64,000 bases of DNA, taken from Candidatus Latescibacterota bacterium. GTDB taxonomy: Bacteria > Latescibacterota > UBA2968 > UBA8231. The notes under the pieces were generated by a model that was not told the DNA's origin, made no database searches, and saw nothing but the letters and a program-made list of their open reading frames with translations. Shown here piece after piece: positions 19,121 to 28,357 of the stretch; within the stretch, counting starts at the first letter, position 1; every line of letters starts with the position of its first letter. Location: assembly GCA_965261395.1 (NCBI GenBank), contig OZ253462.1, positions 782,889 through 846,888 of the forward strand, given 5' to 3'. The position numbers and the translations under genes were made by a program.

Positions 19121-20299
19121 TCATTGGCAGACAGACAATCCCAGTTGATCGAGGTCATTGTTCAATATCGTGTCCAGACTGGGCGGGATACACCCACTTA
19201 ACTGATTGCCGGACAGAAGCAGGAGGTAAAGGTTGGTCAGTTGGCCTAACGCAGAGGGTATCGAGCCGGTTAAATTGTTGCCGTGCAGGTCCAGACCAAT
19301 AACGCGTCCCCCGGCATTGGTGGTTACGCCCTCCCATGTGCCGATAGGTTCATCGCTTCCCCAATTGTGGCCCGTCCAATTACTACCTCCGCCCGTAGCT
19401 GCATAGAAGGCCATCAGTGCAGGACGATCAGTTTGTTGGGGCTGCTCAGGTTGTTGGGACTGCTCAGGTTGTTGGGACTGCTCAGGTTGTTGGGAAATAC
19501 CCACCGACCCGGATTGAGGTTGAGGTGTAGAATCTCGAACATCACCTGAACAAATGGAATCATCCAAAATGGAATCATCCAAATAAGGCCGGTCGTCCTC
19601 GGGCAGGGCGGTAAGCGTATCGAGCGCCGCAGCACTAAAATTAACCGGCAGGTAGTAGGCGCTTGCATAATACGTGCTGCTTATTTCTACAAGATCGGCC
19701 GGTCGCGGCTCATTGCGATTGTGCACACTAAGAAAATTGCGGTGGCGCACCGACCCTTCTGCTGCCACAGAGGCGATGGGATACTGCATATCGCCTTCTA
19801 ACAGAGTATATCTGGCATTCGGCGTATCTCTATACAAGTAGTTTACATCCCCCCGATAAATACGCACCACCGAGGAATCATGGTCGATAGCCTCGCTCCA
19901 GATGCCACACGCTCCGTCACCCGGGCGGAAACCCGACCGGACTCTCCCAAGATGGGTCGAGGTTTCTGATGCCCAGTATTGCGTCTTACTATTGCTATCT
20001 AGATAATGCGAAAACAGGACGCTGTCGCCGTGGGCTTGGAACCGATAGTCTGATCCGTAGAATACAGTCCACACGGAATCTACTTCCGTATCGCAAGGCC
20101 AAGATATGGCAAGGCATTCGCCAGAGTCCGAACCCACCTGAGCCTTTCCGGCGGGCGGGCTAATGAGCGCTAGCGGATTTTCATAATCTGTACAAGAAAA
20201 TCCCATGAATGCTACTAAAAGCAGTAAAATTTTTGTCTTGAAATCGCCTCGGTTTAGAGATTCAGGCAGGATACTTACGGTAAAGACAGTCTTTTTCAA
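19121..20299 (-). CDS. lipoprotein with QQPEQS tandem repeat and C-terminal plant-type leucine-rich repeats (eukaryote-like protein)
   Basis: LLLLVAFMGFSCTD lipobox-like leader, QQPEQSQQPEQSQQPEQPQQ linker, then ALMAFYAATGGGSNWTGHNWGSDEPIGTWEGVTTNAGGRVIGLDLHGNNLTGSIPSALGQLTNLYLLLLSGNQLSGCIP (LRRNT plus LRR). GC is visibly lower than the surrounding genes. Confidence 0.8.
   Translation of the reverse strand: MKKTVFTVSILPESLNRGDFKTKILLLLVAFMGFSCTDYENPLALISPPAGKAQVGSDSGECLAISWPCDTEVDSVWTVFYGSDYRFQAHGDSVLFSHYLDSNSKTQYWASETSTHLGRVRSGFRPGDGACGIWSEAIDHDSSVVRIYRGDVNYLYRDTPNARYTLLEGDMQYPIASVAAEGSVRHRNFLSVHNRNEPRPADLVEISSTYYASAYYLPVNFSAAALDTLTALPEDDRPYLDDSILDDSICSGDVRDSTPQPQSGSVGISQQPEQSQQPEQSQQPEQPQQTDRPALMAFYAATGGGSNWTGHNWGSDEPIGTWEGVTTNAGGRVIGLDLHGNNLTGSIPSALGQLTNLYLLLLSGNQLSGCIPPSLDTILNNDLDQLGLSVCQ
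19432..19496. repeat. 18-bp tandem repeat (about 3.5 copies) encoding the QQPEQS linker
   Basis: GTTGTTGGGACTGCTCAG is repeated head to tail within the LRR gene. Confidence 0.85.
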
Positions 20300-20605
20300 T
20301 TTACTTACCCTTTAGTTCTAGCTTCGTCGCAAAAAATCGCGAGTAGCCGTTTCATGGTTCGCTCCCGTAGACGGTTGGGAAAAAGGATGTACTGGACTGG
20401 AGACCTACTCGATAACGTATGTTGATTGAGTGTGTTGAAAAAAATATAACACATTGGGTAAATGTGCAATCTCGTTTTACGTTCGAGTGAATCAAGCATA
20501 CTAGAGGATTTTGAACTGTTTTTATCAAGTACCATATATGGTTCCAAGGAACTATATATGGTCCCCTTGCATATTACCATTTTGCCAATTTATATTTGTT
20601 AATCA

Positions 20606-21586
20606 ACGTGAGTTCGGGATAAGCAGAGGGACTCCTTTTTGGCTAAACTTTGGTTTGCCGACCAATGCTCATTCAGCCATCGAGGAGCCCCGCGATGAAT
20701 TTAGTCGAATTGTTCTGCCACGTCGATGATTTTTGCCAAGCGTTTGAAGGATCATGGATCCGCCACCAATTAACGACCGGGCACCGGCGTCGGCGTCGTG
20801 CTGGTCAACTATGTTTGAGCGAGATCATGACGCTATTGATTTGGTTTCATCCGTCCCACTACCGGGATTTCAAAGCCTTCTACCAACACCATGTCTGTAA
20901 ACACCTACGCGACGCATTTCCCGGGTTGGTCCGCTATGGACGCTTTGTCGAGCTGATGCCTTCGACGCTGATTCCGTTATGTAGCTACCTCCGCCAATGC
21001 CAAGGAGCCTGCACGGGGATCTCGTTTATCGACTCGACGCCGTTGGCCGTATGTAATCCCCATCGGATTCATCAGCATCGGCTTTTCGCTGGCCTGGCGC
21101 AGCGGGGCAAAAGCTCGACGGGTTGGTTTTTCGGGTTCAAACTGCACGTGGTCTTCAATGACCGGGGACAACTGCTCAATCTGGCGCTGACGCCGGGCAA
21201 TGTCGATGACCGAAAACCCGTACCCGCTTTGGTTCAAGAGCTGTTTGGCAAGTTATTTGCCGATCGAGGCTACCTATCCAAAGCGCTCTGCCAAAAATTG
21301 AGCGCACTCTTTGATCTCCAGTTGATCACCAAGCTGCGATCCAACATGAAAAATCAACTCCTGCCGATGGCCGATAAACTCCTACTACGCAAACGGGCAA
21401 TTATCGAAACCATCATCGATCAACTCAAAAATATCTCTCAGATCGAACACACAAGACATCGAAGCCCGGTCAACTTTATGGTCAATCTCCTAGGTGGATT
21501 GATTGCCTATTGTCATCAGCCTAAAAAACCGGCCCTAAGAATACAAAAGCTACCCGTATTGAAGACCCCTTAAACCGAACTCACGT
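20606..21586 (+). mobile_element. intact IS982-family insertion sequence (981 bp)
   Basis: Inverted repeats ACGTGAGTTCGGGATAAG (20606-20623) and the reverse complement of 21569-21586 (ACGTGAGTTCGGTTTAAG) match at 16 of 18 positions. They enclose a single transposase gene. Confidence 0.85.
20695..21573 (+). CDS. IS982-family DDE transposase
   Basis: Start trimmed to ATG 20695. [55 protein letters not shown] and [19 protein letters not shown] are classic IS982 transposase blocks. Confidence 0.9.
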   Translation: MNLVELFCHVDDFCQAFEGSWIRHQLTTGHRRRRRAGQLCLSEIMTLLIWFHPSHYRDFKAFYQHHVCKHLRDAFPGLVRYGRFVELMPSTLIPLCSYLRQCQGACTGISFIDSTPLAVCNPHRIHQHRLFAGLAQRGKSSTGWFFGFKLHVVFNDRGQLLNLALTPGNVDDRKPVPALVQELFGKLFADRGYLSKALCQKLSALFDLQLITKLRSNMKNQLLPMADKLLLRKRAIIETIIDQLKNISQIEHTRHRSPVNFMVNLLGGLIAYCHQPKKPALRIQKLPVLKTP

Positions 21587-21644
21587 AACATTAGCTTTTT
21601 TTACCTTTTCCGTAGAGTATTCTGAATAACCCAACGGATTCTAA

Positions 21645-21702
21645 GAGACAGACAAAGAGACAGACAAAGAGACAGACAAAGAGACAGACAAAGAGACAGA
21701 CA
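21645..21702. repeat. 12-bp microsatellite (GAGACAGACAAA, about 4.8 copies)
   Basis: Perfect head-to-tail copies at 21645, 21657, 21669 and 21681, plus a partial fifth, 59 bp beyond the IS982 right end. Confidence 0.9.
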
Positions 21703-21872
21703 CAAAATCTCACGATTTTTAAAAATAGGGATATATGAGTGATGTGTATACGACGCTTGAGGCTTCTTCGATTCGGCGTCCTTGACGGCCATAGAAGATG
21801 GCTTACTATACTACATGGCTCCCTAGTCCCTTTCCCTAACCCCTTTCCTAAAGGTGTTGGTAGGGGGTCGCT

Positions 21873-21912
21873 GGCCTCGTCGATACTTCGCGGCATCGTC
21901 GAGGCCTTTTTT
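21873..21912 (+). terminator. stem-loop followed by a T-run (orphan terminator-like structure)
   Basis: GGCCTCGTCGAT - 10 nt loop - ATCGTCGAGGCC (one mismatch), followed by TTTTTT. There is no obvious upstream gene on this strand. Confidence 0.4.
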
Positions 21913-22109
21913 GTGCGCCGGCGGGTCCGGCTATCACTTCGAATATCGTTCTCAGCAGTACAAATGGGCCGCTCCCTCGTCCTGTTCCTTTAGGGCCGCG
22001 TGGGACGGCTCGGCGTGCGATGATGGGTGTGGATCCGCGTTAATCTAGAAGATCGAAGAGTGTGCAGTCCCTTGTTATCCCTCGTCCGCGTCCTCTCGGT
22101 GCAGTAAGG

Positions 22110-22532
22110 TCAGTCGTGAGTTATGATCCTCCACTTCTTCCCCTGCATTGGGATCACATATCCAGATCCTTCAGGCGCTTCCCTGTGCTCCCGAGCCTCG
22201 CGCGTAATCTCCGGCCACCAATGCAGGAAGTGCATAACTTGGGTCCAAATCTTCTTTTCTGGATATTGGCTAGCGAAAAAAAAGGCCGTCAAGCCCGACT
22301 CACGCCAAGCAGCCTTTTCGGCCCGATTTCGAGAAATCCGCATATCACCCGAGATCACGATCCACTCCCCCTCACGGCTTAATGCTTCAAGCCAAGTGAC
22401 ATCCTCTGTCTGCGGCGCAAAGCGGTCTTTAAGGTGTACTATCGTCCAGTTGTCTCGTTCTGCCTAGTGATCTAGGACGAGCAACGCCGCAGCTAGACGG
22501 TGAGAGATGTTGTTGTCGAGGAAAAACCTCAC
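22110..22532 (-). pseudogene. PIN-like (DUF5615/Mut7-C-type) toxin gene interrupted by an in-frame TAG
   Basis: GTG start in a GTGA overlap with the antitoxin stop. Translation is (M)RFFLDNNISHRLAAALLVLDH*AERDNWTIVHLKDRF...VISGDMRI... with the TAG at 22464-22466. The frame stays open to 22110. Confidence 0.6.
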
Positions 22533-23206
22533 GCCGCTAATTGTGCCTCGTATGCGATAGCATCGCACACTTCCCTAGTAGTGGCATCGTACCACCAAGC
22601 GACCCGGTCCATGTCTTGCTCAGCTCGATAGGTGCGGCTCAGTAGACGGGTGCGGACACCGCTGGGATTGCATATCGGTGCTCCGAAACTACGAGTAGGT
22701 TCGATGATGACTGTGCTCTCCCGGCCCATAGGATGCCAACGCACCGGGGCACCTGTTTCCGAAAAATCTAGCTCGTTGTCGGGCAGAACAGTCCTGACGA
22801 AGTCCTTAAAGTACTGCTCGTCGGTGACGATGTCATGCAGTGCTGCTTCTTCCACTTGTTGGAGGATACGGCGGCCATCTGTACGAAAGCTGCGCTGCGA
22901 AAATGGATGCGAATGGCCCGTGATCTGAGCTGCTTTGTGCGAGGCAATGCGCAAGGTCGGCCACGGTACCCCCTTCTCGCGAAAACTCCGCAAGGCTCGG
23001 ACTTCGATAAGATCGACAAAGCGCAAGATAGGGCTTTCCCCCGCCTCCGTTGAATCGAACACGGGCGGCAACTTGTGGCGAAATCCATTCCGGGTGTAGC
23101 TATAACCTCGCGTCCAACGCCGAATGGTGCTGGCGGGAACACCCGTCAGCCGGGCCGCTTCCGCCACGCTATAGACGCCATGTCCGATATATAGGTAATC
23201 TGCCAT
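22529..23206 (-). CDS. HTH plus DUF433-type antitoxin-like protein
   Basis: YSVAEAARLTGVPASTIRRWTRGY (MerR-like HTH). The C-terminal IIEPTRSFGAPICNPSGVRTRLL...VCDAIAYE resembles DUF433. 225 aa. Confidence 0.7.
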   Translation of the reverse strand: MADYLYIGHGVYSVAEAARLTGVPASTIRRWTRGYSYTRNGFRHKLPPVFDSTEAGESPILRFVDLIEVRALRSFREKGVPWPTLRIASHKAAQITGHSHPFSQRSFRTDGRRILQQVEEAALHDIVTDEQYFKDFVRTVLPDNELDFSETGAPVRWHPMGRESTVIIEPTRSFGAPICNPSGVRTRLLSRTYRAEQDMDRVAWWYDATTREVCDAIAYEAQLAA

Positions 23207-23333
23207 TTTGTGTTCCTTTATAGAGCGAGCTCTGTCGCCTCGAATCTACTTAACCGATTTTTGCAGGTCTGTTACCTTAAGATAAGTAGAGCTACCACGT
23301 CAATGCCACGCTGGCTTACACCTGCCTATCTCT

Positions 23334-25094
23334 TTACTCCTCGTCCGCGCCCACTCGGCGCATATATCTCGTGTACGCCCCTCGCAACGCTGCCCCCAGC
23401 ACCAGCGCTAATAATCCCCCGACCAGCGCCACGGTCCAGCGCCCCACGTAAAACCCCGAAAAGCCGATAACGCCCCCTCCCACGGCCACCGCACCGAGCA
23501 AGGCAAGACCCAAGCCGTGCGCGATAGGTGCGCCGCCACCGGTCTCAACACCCGCCTTGTGTGCGATCGGCCCCCACCATCCCATTGGCCGAGCCTCTTT
23601 GTAGAAGGCCAAGAGCTTTCCCTCTGGCTCTGGCTTGGTGCAAAGTGCCACCACAATCCAGAGCAAGCACGTCGCGGCAATCGACGAGAGTACCACCACA
23701 TACGCCGCATCCTGCCCCGCGTCGATTAAATGGACGAAAACCACGTACTTATTCAATAGAAAGACTATCGGTCCGCCGAAAGAGGCGGCCAGTCGCGCCT
23801 TGCCGTTAAAGCGCCACCACCACCACTGGCCCCAATTAGCCGTCAGTTCGGCCGAGGAAAGACCGAGCATGAAGACCGCGATATCGATGACGTTCTCGGC
23901 CTGTAGCGCGACCGCCAGCGAGAGGCCCATGATCGCCAGCATCACCACCCGACCGACACTCATGTAGTGCGCCATCTCAGCGCCGTGCTTGATAAAGCGC
24001 CGATACACGTCGTTGATAAAGACTTGAGCCCCGAAGTTCATGTTGGAGTCCACCGTGGACATGATCGAGGCGAACATCGCCACCAGCGCCAGCCCCAGAA
24101 GACCCGAGGGCAGGTAGTGGCCCAACAAGAGACCGTAGGCCAGCTCCTTGTCCATGCTGCCGTCGTACAGGCCCGGCCACTTGACCATCGCCCCCAGAGC
24201 GGGCAGAGTCAGCACCGCCAGCATTAGGAAGAGCGTGATCTCGGTCCAGATGTACATCCGCGTCGCCTCGCGGCTGTTGCGACACGACAGCAGCCGTTGG
24301 CCCTCCATCGCCCCAGCCATCGGGGCCACGTCGCCGCCATAGCCGATCGCGGTCCCCATCGTCCAAGCGATGATCCCCACCACCCCCAAAAGTTCGTGGC
24401 TCATCGGCGGATGCCAGCTAACGACCCCTTCCCCAAACTGAGTTACCAGTGCCTGATAAAGCCCTGTCGGCCCGCCGAAGTCGGCCCAAACCAAGCCCAT
24501 CAGCACCAGCGAGGACGCGATCATGATCGCGGTCTGGATCAAATCCGACATCACCACGCCCATATAGCCGGAGAGCACCACATAGACCAAGATGATCGGA
24601 ATGACCAGCAAAAAGGTCTCAACGCGCGACCAGCCCAAGAGCGCCTCGGACACTTTCGTCAGCCCCAAAAGCCCTGCTCCGGTCCAAGCTACCACTGCGA
24701 TAAAGGCACTGCGCAGCGAGACCCAAGCGCGCAGCTTCGGCGCAGCCGCACCGCCAAAGCGGAGCTCGTAAAATTCCGGCGAGGTAAAAATTTTCAACCG
24801 CCGCCAGCACGCGGCGAAGAGCAACCTACCGATCATCAGCGCCAGCCCGAAGCGGCTCAAATACCACCAGCAGATAAAGGTCTCGGTGATAACCGTCATG
24901 CCGCAGTACGCCGGTGCTACGTCGGCATTCATGCAGGTGACCGCATAGCTAGTGCCGCTCATCCACCCCTTCATCTTGCGCCCACCCAGGAAGTAATTTT
25001 CCATGCTCTCCTGGGCGAATCTCCTATAGTACAGTCCCATCCCCACCAAGAAGAGCATATAGAGCGCCATCAGCGCGTAATCTAGACCCGACAC
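23334..25094 (-). CDS. sodium:solute symporter (SSF) family transporter
   Basis: 586-aa polytopic membrane protein. N-terminal LDYALMALYMLFLVGMGLYYRRF...YFLGGRKM is typical of the SSF family. Confidence 0.85.
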   Translation of the reverse strand: MSGLDYALMALYMLFLVGMGLYYRRFAQESMENYFLGGRKMKGWMSGTSYAVTCMNADVAPAYCGMTVITETFICWWYLSRFGLALMIGRLLFAACWRRLKIFTSPEFYELRFGGAAAPKLRAWVSLRSAFIAVVAWTGAGLLGLTKVSEALLGWSRVETFLLVIPIILVYVVLSGYMGVVMSDLIQTAIMIASSLVLMGLVWADFGGPTGLYQALVTQFGEGVVSWHPPMSHELLGVVGIIAWTMGTAIGYGGDVAPMAGAMEGQRLLSCRNSREATRMYIWTEITLFLMLAVLTLPALGAMVKWPGLYDGSMDKELAYGLLLGHYLPSGLLGLALVAMFASIMSTVDSNMNFGAQVFINDVYRRFIKHGAEMAHYMSVGRVVMLAIMGLSLAVALQAENVIDIAVFMLGLSSAELTANWGQWWWWRFNGKARLAASFGGPIVFLLNKYVVFVHLIDAGQDAAYVVVLSSIAATCLLWIVVALCTKPEPEGKLLAFYKEARPMGWWGPIAHKAGVETGGGAPIAHGLGLALLGAVAVGGGVIGFSGFYVGRWTVALVGGLLALVLGAALRGAYTRYMRRVGADEE

Positions 25095-25274
25095 AATCCC
25101 TCCTTTGTACGGGAAGCAGCTAGTTTTTATGCCGCTCTCTATGCAGAATTAAAACGCCGCGTCAAGTTATGGTGCTAGCCTGAGTTGGGACAGCGTCGCT
25201 TGCAATCTGCATGGCCAATTATCGTTATTCGTTACCAGCATATTGATCCTCTCTACAGCAAAAAGGCCCGCCTC

Positions 25275-26615
25275 ATGTCCGCACCTATCCTCCTGACCGA
25301 CGCCCAAGTCCAAGCCTACCTGACCAATGGCTATATCACCGTGCAAACCGCTCACTCGCCTGCGGTCCACCAAAATATCCACCGCCAAATCGAAACCCTC
25401 TTCGCCACCGAGGGCAATCCCGGCAACGATATCCTCCCCAAAGTCCCGGACCTCTACCAAATCCTCCAAGATCCCGCCGTTGACGGTGCCCTCCAGAGCC
25501 TCCTCGGCCCCTCCTACCTCATCCACCCGCACCGCCACTGCCACCACAACCTCAGCGGGTCTGAGGGCCAAGGCATGCACCAAGACAGCTATGAAAACGA
25601 CCAGAACGTCCGCCACCACCGCACCCGCTGGACCATGGCCTTCTACTATCCCCAGGACGTTAGCTTGGACATGGGACCGACCGCGATTTTGCCGGCCACT
25701 CAGTACTATAATTCGTCTGAACAAGCCTACGAGCGGGAAGAATTACCCCTCTGCGGCCGGGCTGGAACGGTGACCATCGTCCACTACGACCTCTGGCACC
25801 GCGCCATGCCCAACGCCAGCGACCGCGACCGCTTTATGGTCAAGTTTCTCTTCACCCGCATGGGTGAGCCGCGGGCACCTTCGTGGGACCATCGCGACGG
25901 CACTTGGCAAGCCGAAGGCACCGACCCGCCCACTGAGCTATGCCGCCGCGCTTGGGACTGGATGCGCGGTACCGATGGCACCATAGCCCCGACGGCAGTT
26001 TCGCTCGACGAGTTGCGTCGGGCACTAGACGCCGAAGCCGAAACCGAGCGGCTGCGCACCGTATATGCCTTGGCCGCTCGCGGCGAGGAAGCAATGCCCG
26101 TCCTCCTAAACGCGCTGCGCAGCGAGGCCGCTGTGCGTCTCGAAGCCAATCTAGCGAACGCACACACCAACCCCAGCCAACTCGACGCGGTTTTCGCCCT
26201 TTCCGCCGCTGGCCTCCCCGCTGTGCCCCACATGGTGGAATTGCTCGGCGAAAATGACTGGTGGCTGCGCGCCGCGGCCGCCGATGTACTCGGCGACTTG
26301 GGCACCACAGCGTCCGACACCGTGCCCCACCTCACCCGAGTCCTCGACGACGAGGCCGAGTGGGTGCGGCGCAACGCAGTCGAAGCACTGGGCAATATCG
26401 GTCCGGCCGCCGCCGAAGCCGTGCCCGCACTGAGCCGTCGCCTGCGAGATTCCGAGAGCTGGATCCGCCACAACACCGCACTCGCGCTAGCTAAGATCGG
26501 TCCGACCGCCACCGAAGCTGTGCCCGCCCTGCGCAAAAACACAGACGACGAGGACCGCTACGCCCGTGCCAACGCGGCCGTGGCTTTGGAGCGCATCGGC
26601 TCGGCCAGCGTTTGA
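25275..26615 (+). CDS. PhyH-family dioxygenase fused to C-terminal HEAT repeats (paralog of 8251..9693)
   Basis: Start trimmed to ATG 25275. GMHQDS (HxD), FYYPQDVSLDMGPTAILPA, YDLWHRAM, then DWWLRAAAADVLGDLG, EWVRRNAVEALGNIG, SWIRHNTALALAKIG and RYARANAAVALERIG. Confidence 0.85.
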   Translation: MSAPILLTDAQVQAYLTNGYITVQTAHSPAVHQNIHRQIETLFATEGNPGNDILPKVPDLYQILQDPAVDGALQSLLGPSYLIHPHRHCHHNLSGSEGQGMHQDSYENDQNVRHHRTRWTMAFYYPQDVSLDMGPTAILPATQYYNSSEQAYEREELPLCGRAGTVTIVHYDLWHRAMPNASDRDRFMVKFLFTRMGEPRAPSWDHRDGTWQAEGTDPPTELCRRAWDWMRGTDGTIAPTAVSLDELRRALDAEAETERLRTVYALAARGEEAMPVLLNALRSEAAVRLEANLANAHTNPSQLDAVFALSAAGLPAVPHMVELLGENDWWLRAAAADVLGDLGTTASDTVPHLTRVLDDEAEWVRRNAVEALGNIGPAAAEAVPALSRRLRDSESWIRHNTALALAKIGPTATEAVPALRKNTDDEDRYARANAAVALERIGSASV

Positions 26616-26770
26616 CGACGCCCTCCGGCACTACGCCGCAACGCTCGGCTTCCCGTCCCTTTCGAGCTATATCATCTTGCGCCTGTGGATGGAGCGCGAG
26701 GACCTGCAGCACGACTAGCGAGGCGGTATGAAGGCCGAAGGCGATTGTAGAAACGGGGAGGAAGAGTAGG

Positions 26771-27115
26771 CTACAAGGATCCTTTGAACAGGATCGCGCT
26801 CATGGTGGACAACCAGCTAGCTAGGACGATGCCGATGGTCCAGCGGAAATAGGTGTCGATCTTCTCGTGGAGCGTTTGAGCCGACGTGTCGATCTTCTCG
26901 TGGAGCGTCTGAAACGACACCTCCCGCTTCCCATCCGACGTGTCAATCTTCTCATTCAGCGTCTGAAACGACACCTCCCGCTTCTCATCCAGCGTCTGAG
27001 CCGACACATCCAACTTCTCACTGACGGCTCGCACATCGCTTTCAATCAGCTCCAAGCGGCGGTTGATCTGCTGCAGCACGTCGCGGGTGGTTATCTCAGA
27101 GGTTTCAGGGGCCAT
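26771..27115 (-). CDS. tail-anchored coiled-coil protein with 11-residue repeats
   Basis: 114 aa. Repeats EKLDVSAQTLD / EKREVSFQTLN / EKIDTSAQTLH are encoded by imperfect 33-bp DNA repeats (26853-27005). Single C-terminal TM segment WTIGIVLASWLSTMSAILF. Confidence 0.6.
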   Translation of the reverse strand: MAPETSEITTRDVLQQINRRLELIESDVRAVSEKLDVSAQTLDEKREVSFQTLNEKIDTSDGKREVSFQTLHEKIDTSAQTLHEKIDTYFRWTIGIVLASWLSTMSAILFKGSL

Positions 27116-27313
27116 CCCAGTATTGCTCCTTGATTGGGGTTAAAAGTAGGCAACAGGAACAGACAAGCAAAACGCGAACCACCTTTTTTGTCTGACGAGC
27201 TCGCTGTTGTGTAGCCGCTTTCTGTATCTAATGGCAGACAATGTGATCCCTGCTCTATACAGCCGACCCTCCCCCTTGATAGCTGCCTGTCAGGCCCTAT
27301 CTTGTTTGTCGCC

Positions 27314-28357
27314 ATGACTACAACCTTTCGCATCGGCGTCACCCGCGACTTTCTCAAGGCCGACGACACCCTCGGCTTCGGCGACATTGGTCTCGACTTG
27401 CTCGACGAATCCCCCAAGGTCGAGTGGGAGTTTTTAGCGGAAAATACCACCGAGCTGCGCCCCGACCAGATTCGCGGCTACGACGGCTTGCTGGTTCTCG
27501 CCTCGACAGTCAGCGCCGAGACCTTGCAGGGAGCAGACAAGCTGGCGATCATCGCCCGCTTTGGCGTCGGCTACGACAGCGTTGACGTCGCAGCTTGCAA
27601 TGAGCAGGGCGTGCTCTTGACGATCACTCCCGACGGCGTGCGCCGGCCAGTGGCGGTCATGGCCCTGACGTATCTATTGGCCCTCAGCCACAAGATGCTG
27701 GCCAAGGATCGCTTGGTGCGCGAGGGCCGCTGGCACGAGCGCCTTGATTATATAGGCATGGGCGTCACGGACCGCACGCTGGGGCTGATCGGTCTGGGCA
27801 ATATCGGCCGCGAGATCTGCACCTTAGCCACGCCCTTCGGCATTCGCTGCATTGCCGCCGACCCTTTCGTCGATACTGAACAGGCGCACGCCGCTGGTGC
27901 CGAGCTGGTCGGGCTCGACCAGTTGCTGCAACGCGCAGATTATGTCTGCATCTGCTGCGCCCTCACCGACCAGACCCATCACCTCATCGGCGAGCGCGAG
28001 CTCTCACTGATGAAGGAAAGCGCCTACCTCATCAACACGGCTCGCGGCCCCATCGTCGATCAGCAGGCCCTTACCCGCGCCCTCCAACGGGGGCAGATCG
28101 CCGGTGCCGGCCTCGACGTCTTTGAAACAGAGCCTGTATCCCAGGACGAGCCGGTGCTGGCACTCACCGACCAAACCATCGTCGCCCCGCACGGGCTTTG
28201 CTGGACCGACGAGTGCTTCCGCCTCATCGGCCGCAGCGCCTGCCGCAGCCTCGTCGAAGTGGCATCCGGTCACCTGCCCCTGTACCTCGTCAACCCCCAG
28301 ACTGCAGAGCATCCCCGTTTCCAAGAAAAACTGAACCGCTATCGAGCTATCGGATGA
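27314..28357 (+). CDS. D-isomer-specific 2-hydroxyacid dehydrogenase family protein
   Basis: Start trimmed to ATG 27314. GLIGLGNIGREI NAD-binding motif, LINTARGPIVD and GAGLDVFETEP signatures. Confidence 0.85.
   Translation: MTTTFRIGVTRDFLKADDTLGFGDIGLDLLDESPKVEWEFLAENTTELRPDQIRGYDGLLVLASTVSAETLQGADKLAIIARFGVGYDSVDVAACNEQGVLLTITPDGVRRPVAVMALTYLLALSHKMLAKDRLVREGRWHERLDYIGMGVTDRTLGLIGLGNIGREICTLATPFGIRCIAADPFVDTEQAHAAGAELVGLDQLLQRADYVCICCALTDQTHHLIGERELSLMKESAYLINTARGPIVDQQALTRALQRGQIAGAGLDVFETEPVSQDEPVLALTDQTIVAPHGLCWTDECFRLIGRSACRSLVEVASGHLPLYLVNPQTAEHPRFQEKLNRYRAIG

Noticed and set aside
20305-20580. A 91-aa minus-strand ORF upstream of the LRR gene.
   Set aside because: It lies in an AT-rich region, has odd composition, no Shine-Dalgarno sequence and no recognisable family. 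It is more likely the promoter/leader region of the LRR gene next to the IS982 left end.
21645-21702. The tandem repeat considered as a possible CRISPR array.
   Set aside because: The 12-bp units are directly adjacent with no spacers. No cas genes or leader are present.
26611-26718. A ribbon-helix-helix-like peptide (FDDALRHYAATLGFPSLSSYIILRLWMEREDLQHD) just after the PhyH-HEAT gene, possibly an antitoxin remnant.
   Set aside because: There is no start codon or beta-strand-encoding N-terminal part in frame. The frame upstream merely overlaps the PhyH-HEAT 3' end. It is too short to tell apart from chance.
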